Of a stretch of DNA of 64,000 nt, positions 12,564 to 25,942 are shown piece after piece. The position numbers and the translations under genes were made by a program. Each line of letters starts with the position of its first letter. The stretch's first letter is position 1. This stretch comes from Eledone cirrhosa (lineage: Eukaryota): NCBI GenBank assembly GCA_964016885.1, contig OZ024741.1:339946001-340010000 (forward strand), given 5' to 3'. The notes under the pieces are model-generated. The model was not told the DNA's origin and made no database searches. It saw only the letters and a program-made list of their open reading frames with translations.

Positions 12564-13939
12564 ATGTGTGTGTGTGTGCGTGTGTGTGTGTGTATATATT
12601 ACACCACATCTAACCCTTCGCTCCAATGAGTAGTCTTAGTTCTTTCGGCCTCCCTTAGTTTCTAGTCTGTTCTATTGAAGCCATATCATGGATATAGCAT
12701 CGTTGGATTCCTTTGAGTTCCATCGAGTTGAGAACGTCTATATTCCATTATATGGAATACTAGATAGCTCACGTTTGAGAAATAGCTCCTGTCTCCAGTT
12801 CAAGATACAGTTAAGGAGAAACTAAGGCATGTAAAAATGAAAGAGAACAACTGCTTGGTCTTCGACGAGAGATGTTTGTTTCACAAGAACTAGCTGCGAA
12901 ATGGATTACACCGCATTATGATGTGCTTCCATATCAGAGCGATCAACTTATGACAGGTGCCAGTCCAATTCTGGATTACTTACCATCATAGAGAATAGAT
13001 AAAAGACTATACTATAGCTACACAACACTCCATAAATATTAAAAATGGACCTCCGTCGGTTTTCCTGTTTGGTCGACAAAATATCTTAGCCGTTAAATTA
13101 ACATGTATTCTATAAACACATGAACTCTAAATTCTATTTCCTGCATTTTCAATAATAGCTATACTTCATCAAACGGCCTTTCAAACACTTTCCGTTCCCC
13201 CCTATTTCACTGACAAGTCTTCGGTTGTTCCAAAAGTTATGCTAGTGCCAGGCAGCAGGATCAAACTTTGAACCTCGTGATTGTGAAACGAACTTGTTAA
13301 CCGTTCATTTATGCTGCGTCTACAGCACTGTATAAAATGTACATAAGCTACATCCCATTGGAAACTTAGATCTACATCACTACTACAGTAGTATAAAAGA
13401 TGTAATTGTACAAAGGTTACAAAGACTGGTACTATCATATATATATACACGCCCTCTTTGCAGTTGATTCCAAAACGAACACATTGGCTGGGAGCGTTCT
13501 GCACTCACCTACTAATACAGGGGATAAAAGTTTCACTGAAGCTAGAGTTGATATCATTGCAGCGAATGAAATACTATCTTTCAAAAGCCTTTTGTCACCT
13601 TCAATAATACAGTGACCCATTGATTGGTTGATTGGAGCACACTTTGAACTAATACATCCAGCGAAACTATTGTTCATGAATGAATGCATATATAAATTAT
13701 ATAAATTATATAAATGGCAAAAAAGACACTATACAGAGAAGCCAATATGTACATTCCCCACCCGCTGACAAAAAGTTGTAAACTTAAATCAACACGAAAA
13801 AGCAACACCTTCATATATTTATATAAGGTTGAGTGTGTATGTATATATGTGTGTTGATTTTAAACAGTTTACCTGAAGTGTCTGTTGAGATCACTTTATT
13901 GTTTATGTACGTAAATCACAAAACACATACATTATGTAA

Positions 13940-14017
<78 letters not shown>

Positions 14018-14139
14018 ATGTATGTATGTGTGTAAGTATGTATGTATGTGTGTGTGTATGTCTCTGTGAGTGTGTGTATGTGTGTCTGTGTATGTGTGTC
14101 TGTATACAAAACACACACATACTTGTACACAAATATGTA

Positions 14140-14247
<108 letters not shown>

Positions 14248-14366
14248 TATATTTGTGTGGAAAGGAGAAAGGAAGAAAGCAAAAAAGTTCAAGAAACATA
14301 CTCGCGTTGATTACATGTGCGTGTATGTATGTATGTATGTATGTATGTATGTATGTGTGTATGTGA

Positions 14367-14398
<32 letters not shown>

Positions 14399-14399
14399 A

Positions 14400-14438
<39 letters not shown>

Positions 14439-15151
14439 GGGATGGGGCACCACAAAGTAGTAAGACGGAGGTAAACTCCTACATTGGATGCAAGTCTGAA
14501 ATCTTCACAGTGGTGCTCTGCTCTTTGATACATCACATGCACCAGTAATGCCCTCGGGACAGAAACTGTTGTATGTGTTAACTCTCATATTGCTCCACCT
14601 CTACTGACATCAATGCCACTAATCATCTATTGAAACAGTGCTGTGATCACAAAATGTCAAGAAACAGACTATTTATCACATTATTGCATGGGTAGAAGGG
14701 TGGCGGGCTTATAGAAATATTCATCCTTCTAAATATATAGCTGCGCAAGTATGTGTGAGTACCTGCGGTGGCATGAATGTATGTGTGTTTGTGTGTGTGT
14801 GTATGTGTGTTTGTATGTGTGTGTGTGTATGTGTGTGTGTATGTGTGTGTGTATGTGTGTGTATGTGTGTGTGTATGTGTGTGTGTGTGCAGAGAGGAAG
14901 AGGAAGGGACCATGAGTATAAGTATGCTTTTGTGTGTTTTTATTTAAAATGTATCTGTTCTATCTATCCCTCCTCCCACACGCACACACTCACTCCCCCC
15001 CCCCAACTCTCTCTCTCTCTCTCTCTCTGTATTAACGTACGTGGCTTAATGGCTAGTGTATTCAACTTAAGATTGTAAAGTCGTTAGATCCTGGCGCAGA
15101 AATAAAATACCATCTAATACAGGGATCGATTCGTCCTCTTTCTCACTGTCC

Positions 15152-15223
<72 letters not shown>

Positions 15224-15778
15224 GTTACCTGTGCTTTGAGAAAGCAACACCAATGATCAGCCCAGAACATATCAATGAATTGAAACAGGAGTAATTTTTA
15301 TTTCTTCTTCATGTCTTTTTCTGTTCAACTGTTAGCTGCCTGGTGAGGTCATAACTTGTTCACGATATATATATATATAGTAAGAGAGAGGGGGAGGGGG
15401 ACCGACATACATTCTATTTGACGTTCTATCAACTCTATCGAAGAATTGTAAGAATATTATACAACTTGGAGTGGAATTGTCGGCATTGCCTTCCTTAAAA
15501 AGCTTTAATTTAATGAAGACATAACGTATGTATGTATGGTCCAGTAACTCCTGAAGGAGTAGTAGGGGCGCCATAATAACATACGGCGCTTCTAGGGCAT
15601 TTTACGCCCGGAGGAGCCCTTCCCTCTCCAAGCCTGAGTGCAAGAGATTTCTTCCAGAGGAGGATAGACAGTGAGAGAGGAAGAATCAACCCCAGTACTT
15701 TCATCTCTTAATTTCCAAAGCAGAAGTAAATGATAAAGTAGAAAATCAAACTTTCCAGTTGTGGTCTTCCTGTTTCTT

Positions 15779-16680
15779 CTACAACGGTACGCGATGGGGC
15801 CCACCCATGGCCCCGGCGGACAGAATGGAGAAGACGTTTCCCCGGAGGACGGCAAGGGAGACGCGCTGGAAAAGCCACTCCAACTCGCGGGGCTCATACC
15901 TGCGGCTGGCCAGCTCAGCGCCTATGGTGGTGAGTAAGGAGGTAGCCTTGATGCCGAGGACACCAGAAGTCTCCACTGCCAAGAGTACGACCGAAAACCT
16001 GTCGGAGAGTGACCGGTATTTGAGGAGTTTCACCCCCTCAGCCCGACGTGCAGCAGAACCTGGGTCAGTCGCGGACTACACCAGGTTGCGGCTGCAGAAA
16101 GTGTCGGTGCAAGTGGCATCCCAGACGAGGGGTTTTCCACCGAGGAACGAGAAGATGGTCATGCCATATGGGCTTTTGCCGTCCCTTCGATCCAGCCCCA
16201 CCGGCTAGAGCTGGGAAGGGAAGCCTGCAGTGTCCAAGCCATGCTTAATGACCTCGTTGAGGGCAGCATGGCGTGGAATGCGGCCGGCACTGTGGCCACA
16301 GGAAATCGGGTGGAGGCCGAAAGAGTCCACGGTGGAACCGCAGCGACATTGGTGTGGCTGGCATATCCGGAGGCCGAGCCTCAAGGAAACGCCGATGCGC
16401 AGGCTATGGTTGTCTAGCTGCGTGCCAGTGGAAAAGGAGGGCAGGGCATGGAGCCAGGCACCACTGTAGGGTTTGGAGGCCACACGAAAACAAGCAAGGC
16501 GGTGCTGGTCGAAGTGGCGCGTGAGCCTGTCTGAGACCAGGCTGCACTGGATGGCATCCCAAGTTCGTGGGGGAGGGGGGGACTTGACGTCAACAGGGGG
16601 AGAAGGAGGAGGGACGTCTACTGGGATGAATCCCAGCCGGTCCCACGTCTCACAGGCGGCCCCACGGTCTCTGACTTGAG
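15779..16680 (-). mobile_element. CRE-like non-LTR retrotransposon C-terminus (CCHC knuckle plus restriction-like endonuclease), with in-frame stops
   Basis: SGAWLHALP..LRLGL..CRCG..D.FGLH..SC..RHAALN..DGKSPYG..LVWDATC..AE..K..KY..AVETSG..FQRVSLAVLRGN. Confidence 0.85.
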
Positions 16681-16693
16681 GGTTCTGTTGTAC

Positions 16694-16832
16694 AGGTACT
16701 TTTTTTATCGACCTCGAAAGAATGAAAGGCAAAGTTGACCTTGACGGGATTTGAACTCAGGGGGAAGAGAGCCGGAACGAATACTATAAAACATTCTATC
16801 CGCCGTTCTAATGACTCTGCAAATTCGCCCCC
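16694..16832 (-). mobile_element. tRNA-derived SINE (older subfamily)
   Basis: Reverse complement of GAGTTCAAATCCC..AACTTTGCCTTTCAT..GGTCGATAAAA..GTACC. Confidence 0.8.
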
Positions 16833-17029
16833 TATACTCGTATATATGTTGCATCACCACTTTACATATACCATTTACAATGTTTCATATATTTTGATCT
16901 GAGATTATGTCGCACGTTCATAGGAAAATGTATGACTTATATATGAGTATACATGTTGTCTAATACAAATATACACATTTATTCTACTATATATACGAAT
17001 TTATTTCTAATTTAGGCACAACGACACTG

Positions 17030-17215
17030 ATTTGTGGAGTTGGGCAGGCTGTTATATCGACCCCAGTTCTTAACTAGTACTTTATTCTATCGACCTTGGA
17101 AGGATGAAAGGTCAAGTTGACCACGGCATGATTTGAATTCAGAATGTAGAAAGTCAAAACGAATATCGCAATGACTTTTTATCCAACACTCTACTATTTC
17201 TGTCAGTCCACCACA
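17030..17215 (-). mobile_element. tRNA-derived SINE, diverged
   Basis: ATCGACCCCAG..CTAGTACTTTATT..ATCGACC..AGGATGAAAGG..ATTTGAA. Confidence 0.75.
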
Positions 17216-17634
17216 TTTATGATACGCTATATTTATCACCAATTCTGGATATTTCAGTTTTAACATAACGATCTTAATATTTTGTAATGATTTAGTCGGT
17301 ATTCAAATGTTTGTTATAATTTACTTGGACAACTTGTGAAAATTTGCAGTATTAGGTTAAATATTTGAAATGATGTGGTGCAGTCATATTGCTGTTGTGT
17401 AATTATGAGAACGTCGTGCTAATGTCTTTCATGTGGTAGAGGATATTAAAGAGATTAAGAGTTAATCCAACTTTTTTTGTAATATCTTTACTAGTGGGCA
17501 GGTTGTTGTGAAAATTCGCAGAATTAGAGTCAATACTTTACTTATTAATGTGATGCAGTCATAATACCGTTGCATACTTCTCAACAATGTATTGCTAATG
17601 TGATTTCATGCGGTATAGTTATGTGTTAAATTGA

Positions 17635-17711
<77 letters not shown>

Positions 17712-17716
17712 GTATT

Positions 17717-17897
17717 ATTGGCAGTATCGGTAGAGGGTCGGACGCCATGCTTTCCAGCATAGTTACGTCCCTTTATGGTCTGAGTTCAACTCCCGCCGAG
17801 GTTAACTTTGCCTTTCATCCTTACGGGGTCGATAAAATAAAGTACCAGTAATACACTGAGATAATTGCTGGCCTTGTGCCAAAAGTAGAAACAATTA
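17717..17897 (+). mobile_element. tRNA-derived SINE, near full length (Meta-domain-like core)
   Basis: A-box-like TGGCAGTATCGG, B-box GAGTTCAACTCCC, core TTTGCCTTTCATCCTTACGGGGTCGATAAAATAAAGTACCAG, tail GCTGGCCTTGTGCCAAAAGTAGAAAC. Confidence 0.9.
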
Positions 17898-18350
17898 TAT
17901 TACGTTAAGTTATTCAATTATGTTCATACACGGAGTAAAGGCGTAACCCAAGGTTTCAAGGCCCACATTTGACCACATATCCAGAGGCTTGCTAAGAAAA
18001 CGTAATAAAAGACGCGTTCTAAGCAAACTTTACTTGTAATGGTACCTTATAAGCTCGTATAAGTGTCTGAAGAAAAATCACTAATTTGATGCCTCTTGTA
18101 TTCTGCAGCTATGGTCAAATTTGGGCCTTGAAACTATGATATAATATATGATATATAATGAATAAATAACATAATGTTTCTGCTCTCTTCCTGATTGAAC
18201 ACTTTCCCTTTTTTTCTTTTCAAACATCCGGATATTGCTACATATGTGTATACATATATATTGAAACAAACTATACAGTAGTGTAGCGCTCGTCCACATC
18301 CTTAGTGAACCCCAATAAAATTCACTCAAATTTACATTTGCGATGTATGT

Positions 18351-18672
<322 letters not shown>

Positions 18673-18673
18673 A

Positions 18674-18727
<54 letters not shown>

Positions 18728-19009
18728 TGTATATGTGTGTGTGTGTTTCTCTGTGTATCTGTGTTTGTGTGTATATTCAAAGTGTAAAGGGAAATAACGA
18801 AGCAAACAACATAGTACAATGAAGAAATATATTAGTTTAACGATTGATATAGTAGGAAAAGAATCTGTACGTCTCGGACACTAGTTCTTTTTCAAAAGAT
18901 AGATAGAATGAGAAATAAAAGATGAAATAGAAACATAGAGAATGAGAAGATAAAGGAACAGAAAAATATTTCAATAAGCACGTGATTATTCAGTCACCAT
19001 TTGAAAGAA

Positions 19010-19107
<98 letters not shown>

Positions 19108-19193
19108 GCGTGTGTGTATACACACTTCAACAGCATTCTGATAAATATTGCCTGTACAGGTAATCAAAGTGTGTATACATTTTTGGGACGCCC

Positions 19194-19237
<44 letters not shown>

Positions 19238-19239
<2 letters not shown>

Positions 19240-19612
19240 GGTTTGAGGTTTACCACTGTATAGAGCTGGTCTATTCCGTATGGTCAATCGTAATGCAATA
19301 ATATAGAGAGTACTCAACGTAAGGCAGTTCAACCGTCTTTGTTTTTGTAGTTGGTGGTGCTATTACGGAGTTAAATATTATAATGAAATGACAGGAGGCG
19401 ACCGGCTGAGGTTGAAGGAACAAAATAGCGGTCGTCCTCGGGCCCTCGATTTTCAGCCCCATAGATTTTATCTATTACATTCACGTATTATATTTCGAAT
19501 ACCTGATGATATCACCGGATTCATACGGAACCCGGTCATTGAAATGATCATAGTATAATAAACCTTTCAAGGATTTACACAAATCCAGCCTCCTGTCATT
19601 TCATTATTATAT
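19238..19612. mobile_element. Family F cassette: inverted tail (19238-19400) plus forward unit with HHR at 19499-19556
   Basis: ATAC-CTGATGA-TATCACCGG attcatacggaac CCGGTCATT-GAAA-TGATCA-TA-GTAT; left part is the reverse complement of 45878-46042. Confidence 0.85.
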
Positions 19613-19634
19613 ATATATATATATAATATAAATT

Positions 19635-19671
<37 letters not shown>

Positions 19672-19674
19672 ATT

Positions 19675-19720
<46 letters not shown>

Positions 19721-20608
19721 GAAATGCAGTTGAAAATGCACACAAAGAGTATATCTGATTTTATATGGCTTGAATTAATATCAAATGCTAATCGTCGTCT
19801 GTCATCAAATATTTATAAATTGAACCTATTTCTGCTTCTCGGAGTTAAACATAGTTATTACTAAACAATAATTTAATATTCCGTATCATCGTAATACTAT
19901 TTGAAATATAAAAATCTGAACATTGTCGTATGATGCTTGCGTTTTATTAGTACATTTTAAAATCAGAAAAAACTTATCAATAGTCATGTGACAGGAATTT
20001 TTGCGTGGAATTTTGCCAGATTACATAGCGTTTTAATTTATATACATATGTGTGTGTAGACTATTATAATAGACACAGAAACATATGTTAAACCCAATAA
20101 ATTCCTACTTACCTTTCTCGCCGAAGTCTATTTTTTTCATGGTGCAATACGAGCTTTTGATTCCAGAGTCGGGCCAGAAAGATACAGATCGAACCTTGAG
20201 CTCACCAGTAGCGAAACGTGCGTCACCAACCAATAAACATAATGAAGGAGTAACAACTCGTCCTTGTATTATCATATTACACTCTGTCTAGCTCTACACC
20301 TCGATACTTACGTGAACCTAAACATTGAGTGCTCACCCGTGTGAACCTACAGTAACTCCGCGTGACACTCCCTTATATATTTATATATATAAGAAAATGA
20401 GTGCTTTTTGTTGTTTTTTATAAAAAGAAAAACAAAAGAAAAAACCAGATGTCCTACACGGGTGAAAGTTTAAGGAAAAGAAACTTAAAATGCAACTGGA
20501 GTTTTTTAGAATATTTATTTACTTTACCAGTTTCACAATTCTTAAGCTTTTCAAAAGTAGAATTGAGATGGAGGGTTTGTGTTTCTGTTGTGGTTTGCCT
20601 CGCATCTG

Positions 20609-20649
<41 letters not shown>

Positions 20650-20653
<4 letters not shown>

Positions 20654-21135
20654 ACCTTGGTCTTCCTCTTCCAATGTGTCCATGTAGGGGCTCCCACAGG
20701 AGCACTGAGTGCAATGTCATTTCTGGATGTCGGTGAGCATGTCCAGCTAACCTCAGTCTCCTCTGTGTCATTTTGAGCTGACTTTTGGGAGGCTCCCATA
20801 CAGTTTTTCATCCTCAGTGTATACTGATTAATGTTCAGAGCCATCCTCAGCATTCTCGTGTAGCACCCATCCACCATCTGAGTGAGTTTATTGGTCAGTG
20901 TCCAAGTCTCAGACTCGTACAGCAGCACAGACTCCACTACAGCAATGAAGAGGCGGATTTTCAGGTCTTTACGAAGGTTCGACTTCCACACCGATCTCAA
21001 GCTGTGGCACGCCACCCAGGCTTTGCTCTTCCTCTCAACCTAAGGACAGACACTGGTCTGTTGGAGACGCAGGAGATGGCAGCGATAATGAGGGACAGAG
21101 ACCGCTGGAGAGAACTCGTCCATGGATCTCGGGAA
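20650..21135. mobile_element. RTE-clade LINE 3' fragment with an inverted 5' segment
   Basis: Minus 20650-21030: KIRLF.AVVESVLLY.SETWTLT..DGCYTRMLR..RRLRLAGH..GRPRLT; plus 21034-21135: NLRTDTGL..MRDRDRWRELV. Confidence 0.85.
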
Positions 21136-21489
21136 TTTTACCCGTCTACGACTTCAGTTATACCATTTACGTGATTTTGTGTTTGCGTGCAATTGTTCTC
21201 CCCGCTCCACATATGGCGTATTATCTTCGTTTTTTCCGTTCATTACCAGAGAATATCTCTATGAACCACTTAATAGAATATTAGTCTATGACTTCTTTTA
21301 TACCATAAACGTGGTTTTGTCTTTGCGTGTAATTGTTTTTCACCGCTCCAAATAATGACGTATTATATTCGTTTTTTCCCGTTCTTTGCCAGGGAACGTT
21401 TCCACGAACCAAAGTATCGTCTTCCTGTCTTCCTCCGGTTGCAACGTTTTTTGAAATATTCACTTCTGCATTCACAGATTGACTTTGTT

Positions 21490-21540
21490 AGTTTCAGAAG
21501 ATCCCGTTAAGGGTGAAAGCAGCGATTCTTTGCTTAAACT
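21490..21540 (+). ncRNA. HHR motif (family H) with a core mutation
   Basis: AGTTT-CaGAAGA-TCCC gttaa GGGT-GAAA-GCA gcgattctt TGC-TT-AAACT; intact twin at 46103-46153. Confidence 0.7.
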
Positions 21541-21591
21541 TTAATCTGTTATTTTAATAAATTAATAAATATATATATACAAAGAAAAATA

Positions 21592-21711
21592 TGTTTACAC
21601 GACCACGATTTCTCAAATGGTCATTCATCTAGGGTCTAACTAGGCTTGTTGTTGGTTAACTTCGGTGATTGGAGGAGAGCCTATGCTTTCAACGTCATAT
21701 GACTATGAGAT
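21592..21711 (-). pseudogene. 5S rRNA pseudogene (full length, diverged)
   Basis: Reverse complement GTCATATGACGTTGAAAGCA..CTC.TCC.ATCACCGAAGTTAA.CAAC..GCC..GTTAG..GATG..TGACC..TGTA is colinear with metazoan 5S rRNA over about 120 nt. Confidence 0.85.
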
Positions 21712-21985
21712 TTACCCGTTTATATGCATACGTATACACTATTTAACTTTATAAATATATACATAAAAATTATAAAAATATATAAAATTAAATAAAAAAA
21801 TATATTAACGTCAATATCGTATTTTCGACCATTTTCTATGTTACCCTAGGTTGGGTATTGGTGTTTCACAAGTTGAAGAGCTGAGTCAAGAGACTTTTGT
21901 TTATGTGGAACATAAACAAATATCCCTTTTAAAGCGGTAACAAAATACGAAGAAAAAATAAAGAAATAAATACAAACACCCACAC

Positions 21986-22035
<50 letters not shown>

Positions 22036-22176
22036 TGATGTGTACATATATATATGTATATGCATAAATGTATATATACATACATATACACACACACACC
22101 ACACACGGACACACACACACACACATATATATATATACATACATAAATACACACTCACACACAAACACGCACACAC

Positions 22177-22265
<89 letters not shown>

Positions 22266-22336
22266 CACTCACACACACACACACAAACACACACAGACAT
22301 GTGTATATATATATATATAAATATATATATGTATAG

Positions 22337-22451
<115 letters not shown>

Positions 22452-22884
22452 AAGAGAGAGAGAGGGAGAGAAAGAGAGAGAAAGAAAGAAAAACAAATAT
22501 CCGCGCGTAGATTTTCTATTGCTCAATGCAACATTGTTTTAGAATAAGTTTGTTTAAAGAGTGGTAGATGTTTGTCATCTGTAAATAGGATTACATCTAT
22601 GGATCTAAATATTGTCCGATAAAGGTTATGGTTGGCTGAACATATCTTTGTCTTCTCAATCTGATGATATGACCAATCGACCGTAACAGATTCATTGAAC
22701 TAAACCCTGGGACAACATTATGATCCTGTTTACCGTTTATATATATGTATATATATATATATATTTATGTATACGTTTGTGTATATATTTATATATATAT
22801 GTCTGTGTGTGTGTGTGTGTGTCTGAATGTGTATGTATAAATATATATGTATATATATATGTGTGTATGCATATATATATATAT

Positions 22885-22955
<71 letters not shown>

Positions 22956-23145
22956 TGTGTGTGTGTGTGTTTATATATATATATATATGAATATATATAT
23001 ATATATATATATATATGTGCATTCTGGTTTTTCTGGATGTTTTCTAGTTAAGGCAATCAACATAGTTATATACATATGTGTATACATACATACGTACATA
23101 CATACAACATACATACATACATACATACATACATACATACATACA

Positions 23146-23178
<33 letters not shown>

Positions 23179-23283
23179 GTATGAATGTGTGTATATACAA
23201 ATCAGGATTATGCCAGTTTTAAACTAGTGAGTTCAATATTCAGCAATGTAGTTGGTGCTTGGGGTAATAGAGTGTTAATATAA

Positions 23284-23380
23284 TAGGAAGCCCCGGCCCG
23301 ACGGCTGAGCTTTTGCCATTTTGTTTGGAATTTGCTCCCGAAACGACAAGAGACCAGTCGTCGGACCCAGACTCTCTAAT
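23284..23380. mobile_element. Divergent family E fold-back cassette
   Basis: CCGACGGCTGAGC...C-GAAA-CGACAAGAGACCAGTCG-TC-GG. Confidence 0.55.
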
Positions 23381-23389
23381 ATATATATA

Positions 23390-23438
23390 TGCGGTGCCCC
23401 AGCATGGCCTCAGCCGGATGGCTGAAACAGGTAAAAGA

Positions 23439-23443
<5 letters not shown>
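23390..23443 (+). mobile_element. 3' end of a second SINE/LINE family
   Basis: GCGGTGCCCCAGCATGGCC.CAG...CTGAAACA.GTAAAAGA; reverse-complement homolog at 29600-29650. Confidence 0.6.
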
Positions 23444-23481
<38 letters not shown>

Positions 23482-23486
<5 letters not shown>

Positions 23487-23638
23487 AGATTCAGGACCCT
23501 AACGTTCTGATATAGCTGTCGACACGGCCTGAGATCAGCCGTCGGGTCCTCAATCTTTTCATATTACCCACTCTACCCAAGTATCGAGTACTCTCTTGGG
23601 TTATGGTCCACCTGGTATTTTACCACACTATCTCTGAT
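23482..23638 (+). mobile_element. Family E cassette with a short inverted arm
   Basis: GATTCAGGACCC ... CAGCCGTCGGGTCCTCAATC plus shared tail GAGTACTCT..GTTATGGTCCACCTGG. Confidence 0.75.
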
Positions 23639-24091
23639 ACACACACACGCACACACACACACACATACACACACACACATACACACACACACACACGTGT
23701 GTATATATATATATATAATGTATCGTGGAATATTCGTTTTAACCATCGAAAGACATTCCGAAATCTTGATGGGTGAAATGGTATACGTTTTGTGCAAATT
23801 ACAGTAGAATTGAGTTATTAATTAGATCGCAGTCGGGTCTCAAAACTTTGTCATATTTCATAATAGACAGTTTCTGTTATGTATTATATAGAAATAACAG
23901 TTATTTTGTGTTGTTAAATAACTAAAACGACTGTTCGATGATATATATACATACTAATATTTATAAATGAAGATATCCATTTAGGTTTGAGTTAAGAAGA
24001 TGCTGGTAAGTTCAATGTCTTGTTATGATTATTAATCACGAAGATCAAATAAATCCAAGGTAAACCCAGGGATCTTTAAACATTAACTTTA

Positions 24092-24179
24092 TTTTTCCTG
24101 ATGAGTTGATGAGTCTAACTAATCTAGTAATCAAAGTTATGGATTATTGATTGCATATCATTACTGAAACGTCTGAAGA
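24092..24179 (+). ncRNA. Candidate minimal HHR with a long stem II
   Basis: TTTC-CTGATGA-GTTGATGA...TATCATTACT-GAAACGTC-tGAAG; stem I imperfect. Confidence 0.5.
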
Positions 24180-24246
24180 GAAGAAAGATATGTTAAAGTT
24201 CAAAAAACTTTGGTGTTGCTTTAAATATACATATACATACATACAT

Positions 24247-24290
<44 letters not shown>

Positions 24291-24386
24291 GAATGTATGT
24301 AAAAGGTAAACAGAAATAACAACACAGTCGGTACAGTATATGGAGGGAATATATTAGGTTAACGCTTGAAATAGCAATGAAGAGGG

Positions 24387-24422
24387 TCTTACCGTTTCGG
24401 ACGCTAGTCGTTCATCAGAAAA
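24387..24422 (-). ncRNA. Minimal HHR (family G)
   Basis: Minus: TTTT-CTGATGA-AcGAC tagc GTCC-GAAACGgT-AAGA; homologs at 34499-34534 (-), 45285-45320 (+) and about 18863-18900 (-). Confidence 0.7.
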
Positions 24423-24649
24423 AAGAATGATAAATAAGATAGAGTGAAGGGACGGGTGGGGTGGAATTGGAAAATATGTCTTTAGATAAAATTAACAGGT
24501 CCATGAATCATATATTCATTTAATTAATAAAGTTAGTAATGCTACTAGTACTGCAAGTAGTGTACTCTTTCATATCTTTTATATTTACATAAAAGTTAGT
24601 TTATTTATTTATTTATTTATTGTTGCTGTTTTTGTCATTATTATTACGA

Positions 24650-24842
24650 AGGGCGGTGGATTGGCAGTATCGGTAGAGAGTCGGACGCCATGCTTTGCAG
24701 CATAGAGTTACGGCTCTTTACGGTCAGAGTTCAAATCCTGCCGAGGTTAACTTTGCCTTTCATCCTTACGGAGTCGATAAAATAAAGTACCAGTAATACA
24801 CTGGGTAATTGCTGGCCTTGTGCCAAAAGTAGAAACAATTAT
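24650..24842 (+). mobile_element. tRNA-derived SINE, full length
   Basis: Near-identical to 17717-17897. Confidence 0.9.
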
Positions 24843-24849
24843 TATTACG

Positions 24850-25335
24850 ATTGGCCATGGAAAAAGAGATTGGGTGGTGGACAAGTTTGAAAGGATTGAA
24901 GACGGACACCTTCCTCTCCGGCGAATCCCTGATTAACCTTGTCAAATTTCACTTGAAGAGGAAAATCAGGGGTGAGAGGCAAGTGCTGTCTTCTAGTAAG
25001 TTTGTTAAAAGGTGGGTGAAAGTGGTAAGTCTGGTCCGAGTGAACTGGCCCACTCTGAGTATACGCCTGTAGACTGAGGAGTGGGAGAACTTAGAGAAGG
25101 CGCTTGCCCTGGTGGTCAGTATGGCCGTGCTCTTTTGTGTGGTTTTCGCCACGAGTGAGCCTCGGAGGTTTCCCCCCTATTGGGGAACTTTTGTTGTTTG
25201 AATTTTTGAATTTGTTTTTACATATTTCTATTTTCTTGTTATAAACTTTTTACACGGCCAAAACTCACATTGTGTCATCCTGTACCGTCTGTAATGTTTT
25301 TCTTCATGTTAGCCCTGGCGGCCAATAAAGAAACC
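24850..25335 (+). mobile_element. Tx1/L1-like LINE 3' end
   Basis: KEIGWWTSLKGLKTDTFLSGESL..KRWVKV homologous to 1320-1540; ends GCCAATAAAGAAA. Confidence 0.8.
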
Positions 25336-25635
25336 ATTATTGCGATTGTCGTTAGTAGCATCATTAGTATTATCAATATTTATATTACTATTATTATTGC
25401 CATGATTAACATTATATTTCTATGTGGTAGTAATTTTTAATTTACTCGAATATTCGGTTTATTTAATGTGATATATACACTGTTAGCTTATTAGTTGTTA
25501 TGCACTAATTATCTTCACATTGTCAAATGATGTGAAACGCATCCCATTTTTTCTAGCCGTAAGCTTACAGCTAAACTTCTATTGAACGTGCTTTCGTGAA
25601 ATTATGTCTCTTGCTGTATTTTCAATATGATATTT

Positions 25636-25730
<95 letters not shown>

Positions 25731-25788
25731 GTGTGTGTGTGTGTGTGCGCGCATATATACATATATGCATACACATATATACATCTAA

Positions 25789-25822
<34 letters not shown>

Positions 25823-25942
25823 CTACCAAAATATACGATAGTGTCCAATCTGTATGAAGAACTCAATGTAATCCAAATATCATGAAAAGAGATGCATTCA
25901 ATAAATTTTCGATAAAAATTATAGGAAAACAGAGTCAAGATA

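Noticed and set aside
13202-13689. Overlapping non-repetitive ORFs as a possible host exon
   Set aside because: No recognisable motif; includes a decayed tRNA/SINE-like segment; cannot be supported without a search
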